This document shows, one piece after another, positions 11,048 to 24,855 of a DNA stretch of 64,000 nt. Source of the DNA: Nitrososphaerales archaeon. Its GTDB lineage: Archaea; Thermoproteota; Nitrososphaeria; Nitrososphaerales; UBA213. Under the pieces are notes generated by a model that saw nothing but the letters and a program-made list of their open reading frames with translations, did no database searches and had not been told where the DNA came from. The stretch lies in the NCBI GenBank assembly GCA_965197925.1, contig CBDAOC010000020.1:896001-960000 (forward strand). Direction: 5' to 3'. How positions within the stretch are numbered: position 1 is the stretch's first letter; every line of letters begins with the position of its first letter. A program made the translations under genes and the position numbers.

Positions 11048-12421
11048 TTAATTATAATGTTTACACCGAAGTTCCTGCTCTAGAATATCTAATCCTTCTT
11101 CTATCACATCTTCAGACTGTCCAGCGGAAATTCTCAAAAAATCGGGATAATTTCCAAAGCCAGTTCCAGGTGTCAAGGCGAGTCCCCGATCTAGAATCTT
11201 CTCAGTAAATCGATCTGCATTAAATCCATCAAGATCAACTCTAGCAAATACATACATCGCACCTTCGGGCTGCTGGAAGGAAACCGGCATATTTTTCAGT
11301 CTATTTGAAATTAAAGATAAACGTCTCTTCATTGCTTTGGCATTTTCCTTTATATTGTTGCTTTGTAGAACACTTAATGCAGCTAACTGCATTGGCTCTG
11401 CTACGCTTGTAAGCGCAATAGCCTGTAATTTCACCATCCTAGCAATTATATCTTTGTTAGCTACTGCATAACCAACCCTGAAACCAGTCATCGCTGGCCC
11501 CTTTGAAAATGATGAGACCAAAATGCTGTTATCATAATTATGGTTTAGAATGCTGGAGAATTTATTAGAGGAATAATCCGCATACACCTCATCACTCATA
11601 AGGATAATTTTATTGTCCTTTGCTATGCTCACTATTTTTTCTAGATTTTTATGATCAAGTACCTTACCAGTTGGATTATTAGGATAATTTATTATCAGCA
11701 TTCTTGTATTCTTGTTCACCATGTTTTCAAGCTTCCTTATATTTGGCATCCAATGATCTTCAAGAGTTGTGTGTAAAACTCTTAACTTTGCATTTACAAT
11801 ATTTGCACATTCCCTGTAAGCAGGCCAATATGGTTCTATTATAACGATTTCATTCCCTGGTTTTACTAATGAGGATATTGCAAGGAAAACTGCAAACCTT
11901 CCACCTACTGTGACTATTAATTGCTCTTTCCGAACTGAGGAATTAAACTTGTTGGCCAAGGAACTTGCTAATTCACACCTAAGTTTTTGCACCCCGCTAG
12001 GTTCCGTATAATGGTAATGCCCTTTTTCCATTGCGTCCATTAATGCATCCTTGACAGTTGCAGGAGGCACAAAATCTGGTTCACCCACCTCTAAATGTAT
12101 TATCTTCCTGCCTTCACTTTCAAGTTTTTTTGCTTTAGCAAATATGGCTGTAGGTGTTTGTTTTAGCTGAACTCTTTCTGATTCATTAAGCAAGACGTTC
12201 AGCAATCTTATCCCGATATCGTTCTCAAGTCCTATCTCTGAGCATAACTCAGTGATTGATCCACGTAATTCATCCTCTGTCTTTTCGTTAACAATTTCCA
12301 GATCCATTTCTTTTTTTATATTACCAATTTGATTGGCAATTTCCATTCTCTTCCTAACATGTCTCATAATGTCTGCAGTTACTTCCTTCATCTCTCCCCT
12401 AAGCCTCTCGAGCTCATCCAT
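11048..12421 (-). CDS. Chorismate mutase domain fused to class I PLP aminotransferase
   Basis: N-terminal AroQ-like helix (LERLR..R..IA..IG..K); GEPDF, NYPNNPTG, SDEVY, SFSK...TGFRVG. Confidence 0.88.
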   Translation of the reverse strand: MDELERLRGEMKEVTADIMRHVRKRMEIANQIGNIKKEMDLEIVNEKTEDELRGSITELCSEIGLENDIGIRLLNVLLNESERVQLKQTPTAIFAKAKKLESEGRKIIHLEVGEPDFVPPATVKDALMDAMEKGHYHYTEPSGVQKLRCELASSLANKFNSSVRKEQLIVTVGGRFAVFLAISSLVKPGNEIVIIEPYWPAYRECANIVNAKLRVLHTTLEDHWMPNIRKLENMVNKNTRMLIINYPNNPTGKVLDHKNLEKIVSIAKDNKIILMSDEVYADYSSNKFSSILNHNYDNSILVSSFSKGPAMTGFRVGYAVANKDIIARMVKLQAIALTSVAEPMQLAALSVLQSNNIKENAKAMKRRLSLISNRLKNMPVSFQQPEGAMYVFARVDLDGFNADRFTEKILDRGLALTPGTGFGNYPDFLRISAGQSEDVIEEGLDILEQELRCKHYN

Positions 12422-12426
12422 GAAAA

Positions 12427-13527
12427 TTACCTCTTGAGTACAGGGGGAATTAGTCCATATCTAATAGCATGATCTGTGAGGATAATCGCCACAATAGCTT
12501 CGACGACTGGGCTTGCTCTTGGAACCACACAGGGATCGTGCCTTCCAGGTACCGTCATTTCTATCTGCTCCATTCTCTGTATATCAACCGATTGTTGTTT
12601 CTTCGCGATTGATGAAGCAGGTTTAAATGCAATTCTCATTAGAACAGGCATGCCGTTCGATAATCCTCCAAGTATTCCTCCAGAGTTATTTGACACAGTC
12701 ACGATCTTATCATTCTCAATTTTGTAGGTATCATTATTTTGAGAACCTCTTTTTTTCGCACCTTCGAATCCTGAACCAAATTCAACACCTTTAACTGCTG
12801 GTATTCCGAATAATGCTTTGCTAAGATCAGATTCTAGAGCACCAAAAACTGGTTCACCAAGACCAGTTGGTAGGTTCAGGGCTATACATTCTACTACTCC
12901 CCCTAACGAATCTCCCTCCCTTTTTGATTTTACTATTGCCTCCTTCATCTTCTCCGCTACTATTGGATTGGGACATCGAACCTCATTTGTATAACGTAGT
13001 TTTCTAATATCATCTATTGACAAGTTATCAACTCTTATACCACCTATTTCCAAAGTATACGCAAGAACTTCTATTCCCAGTAATTGTTGCAATAATTTCT
13101 CAGCAATAGCCCCCGCCATTACAAACGTTGCGGTTATCCTTCCAGAAAATCGTCCTCCCCCTCTATAATCATTAAAGCCTCCATACCTCACCATCGCAGG
13201 ATAATCTGCATGTCCTGGCCTAGGCATGTTTCTTATTTGATCGTATGGTCTAGAATCAGGATCTTTATTCCATATTAGCATACAAATAGGAGCACCTGTA
13301 GTATTTCCATTGAATATACCAGAAAGTATCTCAACTTGATCCTCCTCTTTTCTTTGTGTCGTAACTACCGATTGACCTGGTTTTCTGAGGTCAAGTTTCT
13401 TCTGTATATCCACATCATTAATAGGCAAGCCCGCAGGACAACCATCTACAATAACACCCACACATTTTCCATGGCTTTCACCAAAGCTTACAGCAGTGAA
13501 ACGTTCCCCTATCATATTACCTGACAT
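12427..13527 (-). CDS. aroC: Chorismate synthase
   Basis: FGESHG, PRPGHAD, GGGRFSGR, GGILGGLSNG, GRHDPC. Confidence 0.96.
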   Translation of the reverse strand: MSGNMIGERFTAVSFGESHGKCVGVIVDGCPAGLPINDVDIQKKLDLRKPGQSVVTTQRKEEDQVEILSGIFNGNTTGAPICMLIWNKDPDSRPYDQIRNMPRPGHADYPAMVRYGGFNDYRGGGRFSGRITATFVMAGAIAEKLLQQLLGIEVLAYTLEIGGIRVDNLSIDDIRKLRYTNEVRCPNPIVAEKMKEAIVKSKREGDSLGGVVECIALNLPTGLGEPVFGALESDLSKALFGIPAVKGVEFGSGFEGAKKRGSQNNDTYKIENDKIVTVSNNSGGILGGLSNGMPVLMRIAFKPASSIAKKQQSVDIQRMEQIEMTVPGRHDPCVVPRASPVVEAIVAIILTDHAIRYGLIPPVLKR

Positions 13528-13662
13528 TTATTCTCACTGCATTATGCTCTTTTATATCTCTATCATGAATTCTTTTTATATCGAAGGGAAATCCTCTATC
13601 AATATTAACAAGCGTAAAAGAATACAAAAGAATGGAAATTGTACATTAAATGGTAATCATTG

Positions 13663-14967
13663 CTATTGCTCTTTATACTCTCTTTGTTGAGGTAACATGA
13701 TATATACACATGCAGAACCACACATAGTGCAGGGTACATTATTTCCTTCATGCTGTCCTTCCCTATTGTGGATCATAGCAGCTTTTTCTGGATCTATTGC
13801 AAGCGAGATCTGTTTTTGCCAATTTAGAGTTCGTCTGGCATCTGTCATTTCTCGATCCCATTTTATAGCTCTCTCTCTCAACTTCACAAGATCGCCAGCA
13901 TGTGCGGCTATTCTGTATGCAATCAAACCTTCCTTAACTTCTTCAACTGTAGGCAATCCAAGGTGTTCTGATGGTGTAAGATAACAAAGTAGGTCTACAC
14001 CTTCTGCTGCAGATATAGCAGCTCCTATAGCACTAGCTATATGATCATAACCTGCTGCTACATCAGTCACTAAAGGTCCTAGTACATAGTAAGGTACTTC
14101 ACCAATCATTGATTTAGCTAGTCGTACGTTTGCAGCAATTTCGTTCAATGGGACGTGTCCAGGTCCCTCTATCATGACTTGTACATCTTTCTCACGTGCC
14201 CTCTTTGCAAGTCTTCCAACATTGATCATTTCCGCAATTTGAAGCTCATCATGGGAATCAAGAATAGAACCAGGTCTCAATGCATCACCTAAGCTGAACG
14301 TTACATCATATTGTCTAGCTATATCACAAAGATAGTCAAAATGCTTATAGTAGGGGTTTTCCTTACCATATTTCAACATCCATGCTGCGGTTATTGTTCC
14401 ACCCTTGCTAACTATACCAGCGTGGCGTTTCACCTTCATTATCCGTTGCGCAATTTCGTAAGTTATGCCAGAATGTATTGTGGTGTAATCTACTCCATCT
14501 CTAACACATTTTTCAAATGCATTAAGATAATCATCCTCATCCATGGATAGTGGGTTCTTATGCATCTTCACGGCATGGGAATAGGCCTGATATACAGGTA
14601 CATAACCAAACTGTATAGGCGCCTCCTTGAGCAAGGTCTGTCTTATTAGGTCCAAGTCTCCACCGTCGCTTAGATCCATTATAGTATCCGCACCATGCTT
14701 TACAGCCACCTTAGCTTTTTCGATCTCTGCTCCAAGGTTTACCTTTGAAGTTGATGTTCCTATATTCACATTTACCTTTGTCGTTAAACCCGTGCCTATC
14801 CCGACAACCTTGATCTGATCCTTCCTAATGTTATTCCTTGGAATAATGATCGAACCATTTGCTATTCTAGATAATAAAATATTCAGATCCATTTCCTCAG
14901 CTCCAGCTATCATTTTCATCTCTTCTGTCGCTATTCCCCTTCGCGCACTGCTCATTTGTGTGCCCAT
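13663..14967 (-). CDS. thiC: Phosphomethylpyrimidine synthase
   Basis: KVNVNIGTS, SLGDALRPG, EGPGH, EHLGLP, CTMCGSAC. Confidence 0.96.
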   Translation of the reverse strand: MGTQMSSARRGIATEEMKMIAGAEEMDLNILLSRIANGSIIIPRNNIRKDQIKVVGIGTGLTTKVNVNIGTSTSKVNLGAEIEKAKVAVKHGADTIMDLSDGGDLDLIRQTLLKEAPIQFGYVPVYQAYSHAVKMHKNPLSMDEDDYLNAFEKCVRDGVDYTTIHSGITYEIAQRIMKVKRHAGIVSKGGTITAAWMLKYGKENPYYKHFDYLCDIARQYDVTFSLGDALRPGSILDSHDELQIAEMINVGRLAKRAREKDVQVMIEGPGHVPLNEIAANVRLAKSMIGEVPYYVLGPLVTDVAAGYDHIASAIGAAISAAEGVDLLCYLTPSEHLGLPTVEEVKEGLIAYRIAAHAGDLVKLRERAIKWDREMTDARRTLNWQKQISLAIDPEKAAMIHNREGQHEGNNVPCTMCGSACVYIMLPQQREYKEQ

Positions 14968-15133
14968 TAAATCACAAAATATAGTATGAATTGGAAAATA
15001 TAAAAATGCATGGGTCTAAAATTACCCAAAGTCAGGATTTTTGGATCCAAGGGTATTTGCTGAGGCTACAACCTTTGTGAATATTGTGTAAGGACTAACT
15101 ACAAATAGCAATTATTGCTTTTTAATCATATAA

Positions 15134-16465
15134 ATGACGAAAGCCCTTACTATAGCAGGTTCGGATACAAGTTCTGGCGCAGGCATACAGGCAGATCTCC
15201 GAATATTTTCGATGCTCAAAGTCTATGGTGCCAGTGCTATCACAGCAGTTACTGCCCAGAACACCAAGAGTATATTCATGATTAGAGCAGTAGATTCTGA
15301 GATGGTAATGGCGCAGATCCGTAGTGTGTTAAAGGATATAGATATAGATGCAATTAAGATAGGGATGGTTTATAGCAAGGAGATCATAACTAGCATAATA
15401 AGAGAGTTAAAAGATGTAAATATTCCTTTAATACTTGATCCTATATTCAGAGCGGGCACCGGTAAAGTATTACTAAAAAATGATGCGTATCCAACATTTA
15501 TCAAGAGACTTGTTCCCATTGTTGATGTTTTAACACCTAACCGCATGGAAGCGGAGAGAATCTCCAATGTAAAGATCTATGACGTAGATGATGCTAAAAT
15601 CGCAGCGGAGAGGATTTCCTCACTAGGAGCAAAAAATGTAATCGTGAAAGGTGGACATATTCGAGCCAAGTATTCTACGGATGTCCTTTACCATAGAAAA
15701 AGATATTTCGAATTTACTAATGAGAGAATCAAGACAGAAAATTTGCATGGTGCTGGATGTAACTTTTCAGCAGCTTTAACAGCAGAAATGGCCAAGGGAA
15801 AGAATATCGTTGATGCAACCAAGAGAGCTAACGAATTTGTTAGATGTGCCATAATGACCTCATCAAGAATAGGAAAAGGGTCTAGCATTCCCAGCCTTGA
15901 ATTGGTAATACCTACGAATAAGTTGCTTGCAGAGATGTACAGAATAGTTTCCATGATTGAGGATACTGATTGTATTGGCACATTAATACCTGAAACGCAA
16001 AGCAATATAGTATATGCAAAAGTGAATGCAAAGTCCGTTGATGATGTGGCTGCCGTAAGAGGGAGGATAGTAAAGATTGGTAAAAAAGCAAAGGCCGCAA
16101 GTGGTGTTGGTTTTGGCGCATCCAAACATGTGGCTTCAGCGGTACTTGCAATTATGCAATATGATAAATCAATTCGGTCTGCTATTAATATAAAGTATGA
16201 TGAACAAGTGATTTCCATATGTAAAAATTTGAGATTGAAAATATCAAATTATGATAGAATGAACGAACCAGTAGAATTGAAATCTATGGAGGGTATGAGT
16301 ATACAATGGGGTATAGAACAGGCTGTGATGAAATTAAAATTAATACCAGATGTTATATACCATCGAGGCGATTGGGGCAAGGAACCTATGATGCTCCTGT
16401 TTGGTAAAAATCCTTTCGAAGTATACAAGAGGGTTATTTCTATTTTACAAAAGCTCAATAACTGA
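15134..16465 (+). CDS. thiD: Bifunctional HMP/HMP-P kinase with ThiN thiamine-phosphate synthase domain
   Basis: IAGSD.S.GAGIQAD, TPN..EA, HGAGC; ThiN motifs LIPETQSN, FGASKHVA, GKEP. Confidence 0.92.
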   Translation: MTKALTIAGSDTSSGAGIQADLRIFSMLKVYGASAITAVTAQNTKSIFMIRAVDSEMVMAQIRSVLKDIDIDAIKIGMVYSKEIITSIIRELKDVNIPLILDPIFRAGTGKVLLKNDAYPTFIKRLVPIVDVLTPNRMEAERISNVKIYDVDDAKIAAERISSLGAKNVIVKGGHIRAKYSTDVLYHRKRYFEFTNERIKTENLHGAGCNFSAALTAEMAKGKNIVDATKRANEFVRCAIMTSSRIGKGSSIPSLELVIPTNKLLAEMYRIVSMIEDTDCIGTLIPETQSNIVYAKVNAKSVDDVAAVRGRIVKIGKKAKAASGVGFGASKHVASAVLAIMQYDKSIRSAINIKYDEQVISICKNLRLKISNYDRMNEPVELKSMEGMSIQWGIEQAVMKLKLIPDVIYHRGDWGKEPMMLLFGKNPFEVYKRVISILQKLNN

Positions 16466-16523
16466 ATGAAAAACTGAATGAGTTATCATTATATCTTAAA
16501 TACTTCTAAACTTTATCTTGCTT

Positions 16524-17225
16524 ATGAAAACAGTTATACTTGCTGGTGGCTTGGGCACCAGACTACAACCGTACACATTTTTCATGCCAAAACCTATGCT
16601 TCCATTGGGCAACAAACCATTACTTGAACATATTATTACATGGATAAGAAGGAACAATATGAAAGACATAGTGATTTGCGTAAGTTACCTAGGGAACACA
16701 ATTGAAAATTATTTTGCTGACGGCACCAAGTTTGATGTTAGAATTGAGTATGCCAGATCAGAAAGACCATTAGGTACTGCGGGTCAGCTCAAAAGTGCTG
16801 AAAAATTCATACATGACCCTTTTCTCTGTATATATGGAGATTCTATATATGAATTTGATCTGCGTAAACTGGCAAAAGGACATAAATCAAAGAAAGCATT
16901 GGTAACAATGACACTAGTTAAATATAGTGAAAAGTTGAAGTATGGTTTCATCGAATTAAATGGTTCAAGAAGGGTAAAGTCTTGGAAAGAGAAGCCTGAA
17001 TTCAAAGGGCTAATCAATATTGGATGCTATGCCATGGAACCACAATTTTTACAATACATAAAGACAAAATCTGCCAGTAGTATGGATAAGGCATTTATTG
17101 ATGCATTAAAAGCTAACGAGAGGATCTACGGCCATGTGATCAATAGAGGTTTTATTGATATAGGAAACAAGAAATCATATATGAAAGCGTATAAAGATTA
17201 TCTCACAAAATTAGGAAGAGTATAA
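16524..17225 (+). CDS. Sugar-phosphate nucleotidyltransferase
   Basis: ILAGGLGTRLQP...PKPMLP, PLGTAG, EKP. Confidence 0.9.
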   Translation: MKTVILAGGLGTRLQPYTFFMPKPMLPLGNKPLLEHIITWIRRNNMKDIVICVSYLGNTIENYFADGTKFDVRIEYARSERPLGTAGQLKSAEKFIHDPFLCIYGDSIYEFDLRKLAKGHKSKKALVTMTLVKYSEKLKYGFIELNGSRRVKSWKEKPEFKGLINIGCYAMEPQFLQYIKTKSASSMDKAFIDALKANERIYGHVINRGFIDIGNKKSYMKAYKDYLTKLGRV

Positions 17226-17230
17226 TAACT

Positions 17231-17722
17231 GAGGCTTAGGCGTAATTTAGTTCGAAACGATAAGATCAGGTTCTAGTTTTTATTGTTGATATGTTTAGCT
17301 CATACTCGATACTCCTTCGTATATTATTTTTGATTGACGTGATTCTAGTCAAAACCTAATAGGAAAAGGGTAGACCATTCTACTATTCTCCTACAGTTAT
17401 GGTGAGATGCTTCATCGTTAGAGTATGGATAAGAATACCAAGCAACAATGCTTTGCATGAAACTTTTTGATAGACATGCCATACAACAGGAAGGTAATGA
17501 AGGCATGTGGTCTTGATAGGTTGCCAGACAGAAGAACATTCGACAGAAGGTTCAAGACCATATCAATTGACATAAGATCAAGGATAGATGTTATGGGTAT
17601 GCTCTTCATAAAAGATGGGTTGGTAGACCCAGCCATAGTATCCGTTGACAGTTCATTGTTGAAAGCAAAGGGACATGTATGGCACAAATCTAGCATGAAG
17701 AAGAATGAAGTGCCACGCTCCG
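17231..17722 (+). mobile_element. IS type B, 5' half (DDE transposase pseudogene), truncated by IS type A
   Basis: Left IR GAGGCTTAGGCGTAATT; LPDRRTFDRR..VSVDSS; homologous to 58509-59590. Confidence 0.85.
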
Positions 17723-18602
17723 CAACTCATCTCAAAACCCTACAATACATCAAAAATGATGCAAGATTAACAAATGCCAGATAGTTTTCTGCCGTTCTTT
17801 CATACCTGATTCTTGTTCTGTGAAATCCATTCTTGAGCCATGCAAAGAATCTCTCAACTACAAATCTTGTCTTGTTGTAATGTTTGCAATCATTATTTTG
17901 CAAGATGAACTTGGAATTTATTTTGTATGGGATGCAACATGCAATATTTCTATCCCACAACCACAAATACATTCTGATGTATTTTGCATCATTTTGTCTG
18001 CATAAACTGGTTCTATCTGTTGTATTGAATCATCATCAAGATAGTCTGAAATTGATCCTGTAACATCCATGCATTTTGTACTGTCATGTTCATTTGCCGG
18101 ACTCAGCAGTATGGATATTGGAAATCCGTTACCCTCTACTGCGGCATGTATTTTTGTACCTGTTATTCTCTTGAATCCATTATATCCAGTTACATTGCCC
18201 CTTTTTTATCAGGAATGGATGAAGAGTCAACTGATATTTTTTGCAGATTAATTTTGCCAGATTTATGTGCTGAGTGAATAGTACGTGATAGAATCTTTTT
18301 CCAGATTCCTTTTTGTTGCCATTTGTTTAACCTTCTGTTTGCAGTAGAATCATCACCATATCTTTTTGGCATATCGTCCCATCGGCATCCAGTAGTTAGA
18401 ACATGGATTATTCCGTTAATGATTTTTCTATCATCATCCCTAGGCCTGCCAGTTTTTGCATGTGGTGGTATGTGTGATTCCATCATACTCCACTGTTTGT
18501 CTGATAATTCTTGGAATTTCATAAAATAATTTTAGATGTCGCTATTCATAGATCTAAATGGCCGCTAAAAATTGTCTAAATGGTTAGTTTTGAGATGAGT
18601 TG
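17723..18602 (-). mobile_element. IS type A copy 1 (IS5 family, split orfA/orfB), 880 bp
   Basis: 16-bp IRs CAACTCATCTCAAAAC; orfA 18190-18522 (GRPR.DDR, TGCRW); A6G4 frameshift site; VVERFFAW. Confidence 0.92.
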
Positions 18603-19248
18603 ATTATACAACACTGCAGAAGTTTGCTTCAAGGATGAATGACATGCTTCTGTACAGGATAATCAGTTCATTCATCCTTCTTACGAAGGTAAGGAAGATG
18701 TTTGTGGGAATAGATGCGTCTGGATTCAAATCCAGTAACGCTTCATCATATTATACTGATGTAGCAGGAATAAGGAAGCGTTACATCAAGCTGTCTATAG
18801 GTGCTGAAGTGAGAGAGCAGCTGGCATGTTCTTTGAAGATAAGAAGAGGGCCAAGACACGATACTATAGATTTCACACCATTGCTGCAAAGGGCATCAAG
18901 TATAATGCCATTGTCTATAGTTGTAGCTGATAAAGGCTATGATAGCGAAGCAAATCACGAATTTGTTAGAGAGTATCTAGGTGCTGTGAGCAGTCCCTGC
19001 TAGATATGGAGATGTACCAGTATGGAGAACGCATGGAAGATACAGGAAGCAGATGGAGAGGAGATTCTACAAGGAACTTTACTGTCAGAGTAACAAGAAC
19101 GAAACCATACTGTCTGTGGTAAAGAGAATGTTTGGTGAGTATATACTATCAAGATCTGTTAGAATGCAGAACAGGGAGCTGTTCTTCAGAGTAATTGCCT
19201 ACAACATGCATAGATTAACTGTATTTTTGGTATGGTTTCTACAGAGCC
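18603..19248 (+). mobile_element. IS type D (IS5-like DDE transposase), 3' part, frameshifted
   Basis: YTTLQKF, GIDASGF, VADKGYDSE, ETI.SVVKR.FG; ends GGTTTCTACAGAGCC. Confidence 0.85.
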
Positions 19249-19826
19249 TCCTTAACAGAGATTATTTATTTACAAAAGTAGGTTTGTTTCCTTGTAAAGA
19301 TTTACGCTCGGGAAATGAAATTATACTAAAAAGACCTAATGGAGTTAGGGACCCATTCAATTTAACTATTGATTCTGGTGTTTCAGTCAGGTATAACATA
19401 ATCAGATTTGATTAGGAATATGGTATGAAAAGGCGATAAACAAGGATGAAAAGACAGCAAATTTTCTCAACAGATAGCTATAGTGATTGCTGATTTTATA
19501 AACCAAATGTTTATCTTTTTCCTAAGCTTCATCGGTGTAGTCCTCGATACTAACTAACAAGAAATTCGGCCTAGTCGTCTCCATAACGGATCTTGTAGAT
19601 AAGTATAATATATGAAAATTATGTGCAGAATCTTCTTTTTGAGTTTACCAAAAATAAACCACTCAATAGTTCATATTAAGAGAGAGTCAAGATTTTCTTT
19701 ATAGCGAAAATATATTTACCGCGACAGAATTCCTTTACTATATCCCTATTTTCCCTGAAGTTCTTTCATTCACCATTTTCATGTAGTTCTTCATACTTCT
19801 AAAATTAATTTCTTCCATGATTTACT

Positions 19827-22016
<2,190 letters not shown>

Positions 22017-22550
22017 TTATTCAATCTTCACTGCTGTCCCCTTTGGTTTCAGGGGTTCCTTCAGCTTTATCTTCAGCTCAAGTATTCCATTCGTGTATGT
22101 CGCCTTTGCAGAACTGTCATACAATTTCACATTAACGGGTACATCAGTATGGTATTTTTTACCACCCTTTTCTGCATGGATCGTGACGTAGTTCTCTGCC
22201 ACTTTCACATCTATGTCTTCCTTTGAAATGCCGGGCATTTCTGCAGTAACTTTTAACAGATTCTCCTTCTCATCTAGGATAGTATCTACTAGAGGTTCTC
22301 TAACTTCTCCCTGCTCCACAAGACCTTTTGCAGATGGTCGTACATTACCAAATTCCCTTATCTGAGGTCTTCCGTCTGATCCTACTATTACTTGATAACC
22401 ATAGTAATAGGGGAAACTGTCAATTTCTGCAAGGTTAGTCTCATGCACAGTCCTGAACAATCTGTTTACCATATCTTCCGCTTCCCTGAACTCTCGATCC
22501 ATTTCTTCGAAAATGCTCCTGGAACTTGCGCTTATTGGTTTTCTCCACAT
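22017..22550 (-). CDS. hsp20: Archaeal small heat shock protein
   Basis: YYYGY..GSDGRP..REFGN, EPLVD, AEMPG, ATY.NGIL. Confidence 0.92.
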   Translation of the reverse strand: MWRKPISASSRSIFEEMDREFREAEDMVNRLFRTVHETNLAEIDSFPYYYGYQVIVGSDGRPQIREFGNVRPSAKGLVEQGEVREPLVDTILDEKENLLKVTAEMPGISKEDIDVKVAENYVTIHAEKGGKKYHTDVPVNVKLYDSSAKATYTNGILELKIKLKEPLKPKGTAVKIE

Positions 22551-22659
22551 ATGAAATTCACCTTACTATTGTAATAGATATTACATTATATATAGTTATC
22601 TTACATATAGTAATATTAAATAGCATGAAACATAATATAGATTACTTGGTGTTAATAAT

Positions 22660-23331
22660 ATGCAAAACTGGGATAGGCCATCCGTACCAGATGCGATACG
22701 GAGTATAATCACTGGAAACCAGCCAGTTTACCTATGCCTAAAAATGGGATTGATAAATTATACGGCACTTGCTGCAAGAATAAGGCCAGAGGTTGAAAAT
22801 CTTGTCGGTGATGCCGTTAATCTTAACACAATAGTTGTAGCTATCAAGAGGTATGTTGATTCTATGGAAAAAATGCAAAGCAGAGAAGAAAGATCGGAAG
22901 TTCTTAAGGCCGCTAGAATGTCGCTTACAGGAGGAATAATAAATGTTGGTTTTCATCCTATCAATAGATTTGACGATTATGTCTCGGATATACTTCATAA
23001 GTTGTTTGATTTTGATCCTCAATTTCGTCTGGTTCAGTCAGAAAGTTTTATGAGAATATTTGCTGATGATGTGGAAGGTGTTAGAAAATTGTTTGCAGAT
23101 ATGGCCAATAGATTTGATGTTGATATTCGTGAAGGCTTTGCTAAGATATCTATAAAGTTACCTATTGAAGCAGATGATAAACCCGAGGTTGTTTCTTTAA
23201 TTTCAGATGTATTATATAGAAATGGAGTTACTTTGCGAGATGCATTATTCGGCCATGATGAGATATTATTGGTTGTGGATGAAAGTGTTGCTGCAAAGGC
23301 TTATGATCTTTTACGAAAGATCTTTGGTTGA
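22660..23331 (+). CDS. Conserved archaeal HTH/ACT-domain protein
   Basis: GLINYTALA..I, IVVAIKR N-terminal motif; ACT-like C-terminus. Confidence 0.7.
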   Translation: MQNWDRPSVPDAIRSIITGNQPVYLCLKMGLINYTALAARIRPEVENLVGDAVNLNTIVVAIKRYVDSMEKMQSREERSEVLKAARMSLTGGIINVGFHPINRFDDYVSDILHKLFDFDPQFRLVQSESFMRIFADDVEGVRKLFADMANRFDVDIREGFAKISIKLPIEADDKPEVVSLISDVLYRNGVTLRDALFGHDEILLVVDESVAAKAYDLLRKIFG

Positions 23332-23340
23332 TAGATATAT

Positions 23341-23880
23341 GAGGCTTGGGCGTAATTGAGTAGCCCAAAACGATAAGATCAGATTTCAGTTCCAATTATT
23401 GATGCGTTTAACTCAGACCCCATCACTTCTTCGTATATTATTTTTGATTGGTGTAATTCGTTGGCGAAAACCTAATAGGAAAAGAGGTAGACCATTCTAC
23501 TATTCTCCAACAGCAATGCTGAGGTGCTTCGTCGTTAGAGTTTGTGTAAGTATTCCCAGTAACAACGTTTTGCATTAGTATTTCTGTATGGATATGCCGT
23601 ACAATAGGAAGGTGATGAAGACAAGTGGGTTGGATAGGTTACCAGATAGGAGAACATACGATAGGAGATTCGAGCTAATATCCTTTGATATCAAAGTAAG
23701 GATAGATGCAATGGGTTTGTTATTCATAAATGAGGGTCTGATAGATTCATGCGTTGTATCTGTAGATAGTGCATTGTTGAAAGCAAAAGGACGTGTACGG
23801 GATGGATCAAACATGAAGAAGAATGAGATACCACGTTTAGGTATAGATACAGATGCAAAATGGGACTACAGCCGAACTAA
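23341..23880 (+). mobile_element. IS type B, truncated 5' fragment
   Basis: Left IR GAGGCTTGGGCGTAATT; LPDRRTYDRR, GIDTDAKW. Confidence 0.85.
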
Positions 23881-24321
23881 CATATAGATAAACTTTAGGT
23901 CTTAATTCAGGAAAGTATTAATCGGATTGGAAGCAGTAGGATTATTCTGCAGGAATTAGATATAAATGATTTTCTGTATTTTGGCTCAAGAAGCCAGATC
24001 ATGATGATAATCAATCTAATACATTTTCCAAGTTATCGCCCTAGGTTTCATCCTTTTGAATCTAATTTTTTCTAATTCATTTTCACCAAACATTAGCTTT
24101 ATGCCAGAAAGTATGGTTTCATAATTCAGGAATAAAGGGAAGACTGTGGAGTAGAGATGATACTATTATCGTGAAACATAGATAATCCAAGAATTCATGA
24201 GGAAAGGATCAAAGCATGAAGTTTCAATAATGGACGAAATGACAATAAATACAGAGTTATAATGTCCGTTTAATTTGTGAAATCAAATATTGTTTAGGAA
24301 AGCTTTTTACGACCATGCTAG

Positions 24322-24855
24322 ATGGTTATCACACGAATGAAACTTGAAAATGTGATACGCTCTTTTCTAGATTTTCCCAAGAAGGGAATTTTATTTAGGG
24401 ATATTAGCCCCATTTTACGAGATCCTGATGTATTATTCTATGTAATTGATCATTTTTATGAGCATTACAAGGGCACCAAGATCGATCTTATTGCTGGAAT
24501 AGAGTCAAGAGGCTTTATCTTCGCATCCGCACTTGGTTTGAAGTTTCACAAAGGTATTATAATGATAAGGAAACAGGGCAGGTTACCTGGAAATACATTA
24601 ACTAGGAAATATGACATTGAATACGGAAGTGCTACAATGGAGATACAGCAGGATGCGGTCGACGAGGGACAGAATGTGCTAATTGTGGATGATCTTATTG
24701 CTACTGGAGGCACAGCAAAGGCATCTGCTGAACTGATCGAGAAACTTGGTGGAACTATAGCTGGGTTCGCTTTTGTAATGGAACTTGCAAGCTTGAAGGG
24801 AAGACACAAGATTATGGATTACGAAATCCATTCTTTGGTGAAATACGATGATTGA
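24322..24855 (+). CDS. apt: Adenine phosphoribosyltransferase
   Basis: DFPKKGILFRDI, GIESRGF, EYG, IVDDLIATGGT. Confidence 0.95.
   Translation: MVITRMKLENVIRSFLDFPKKGILFRDISPILRDPDVLFYVIDHFYEHYKGTKIDLIAGIESRGFIFASALGLKFHKGIIMIRKQGRLPGNTLTRKYDIEYGSATMEIQQDAVDEGQNVLIVDDLIATGGTAKASAELIEKLGGTIAGFAFVMELASLKGRHKIMDYEIHSLVKYDD

Noticed and set aside
15000..15100. TPP riboswitch between thiC and thiD
   Set aside because: Only scattered fragments (CTGAG, CCTGA, GGGTAAT) split between the two strands; the consensus fold cannot be built
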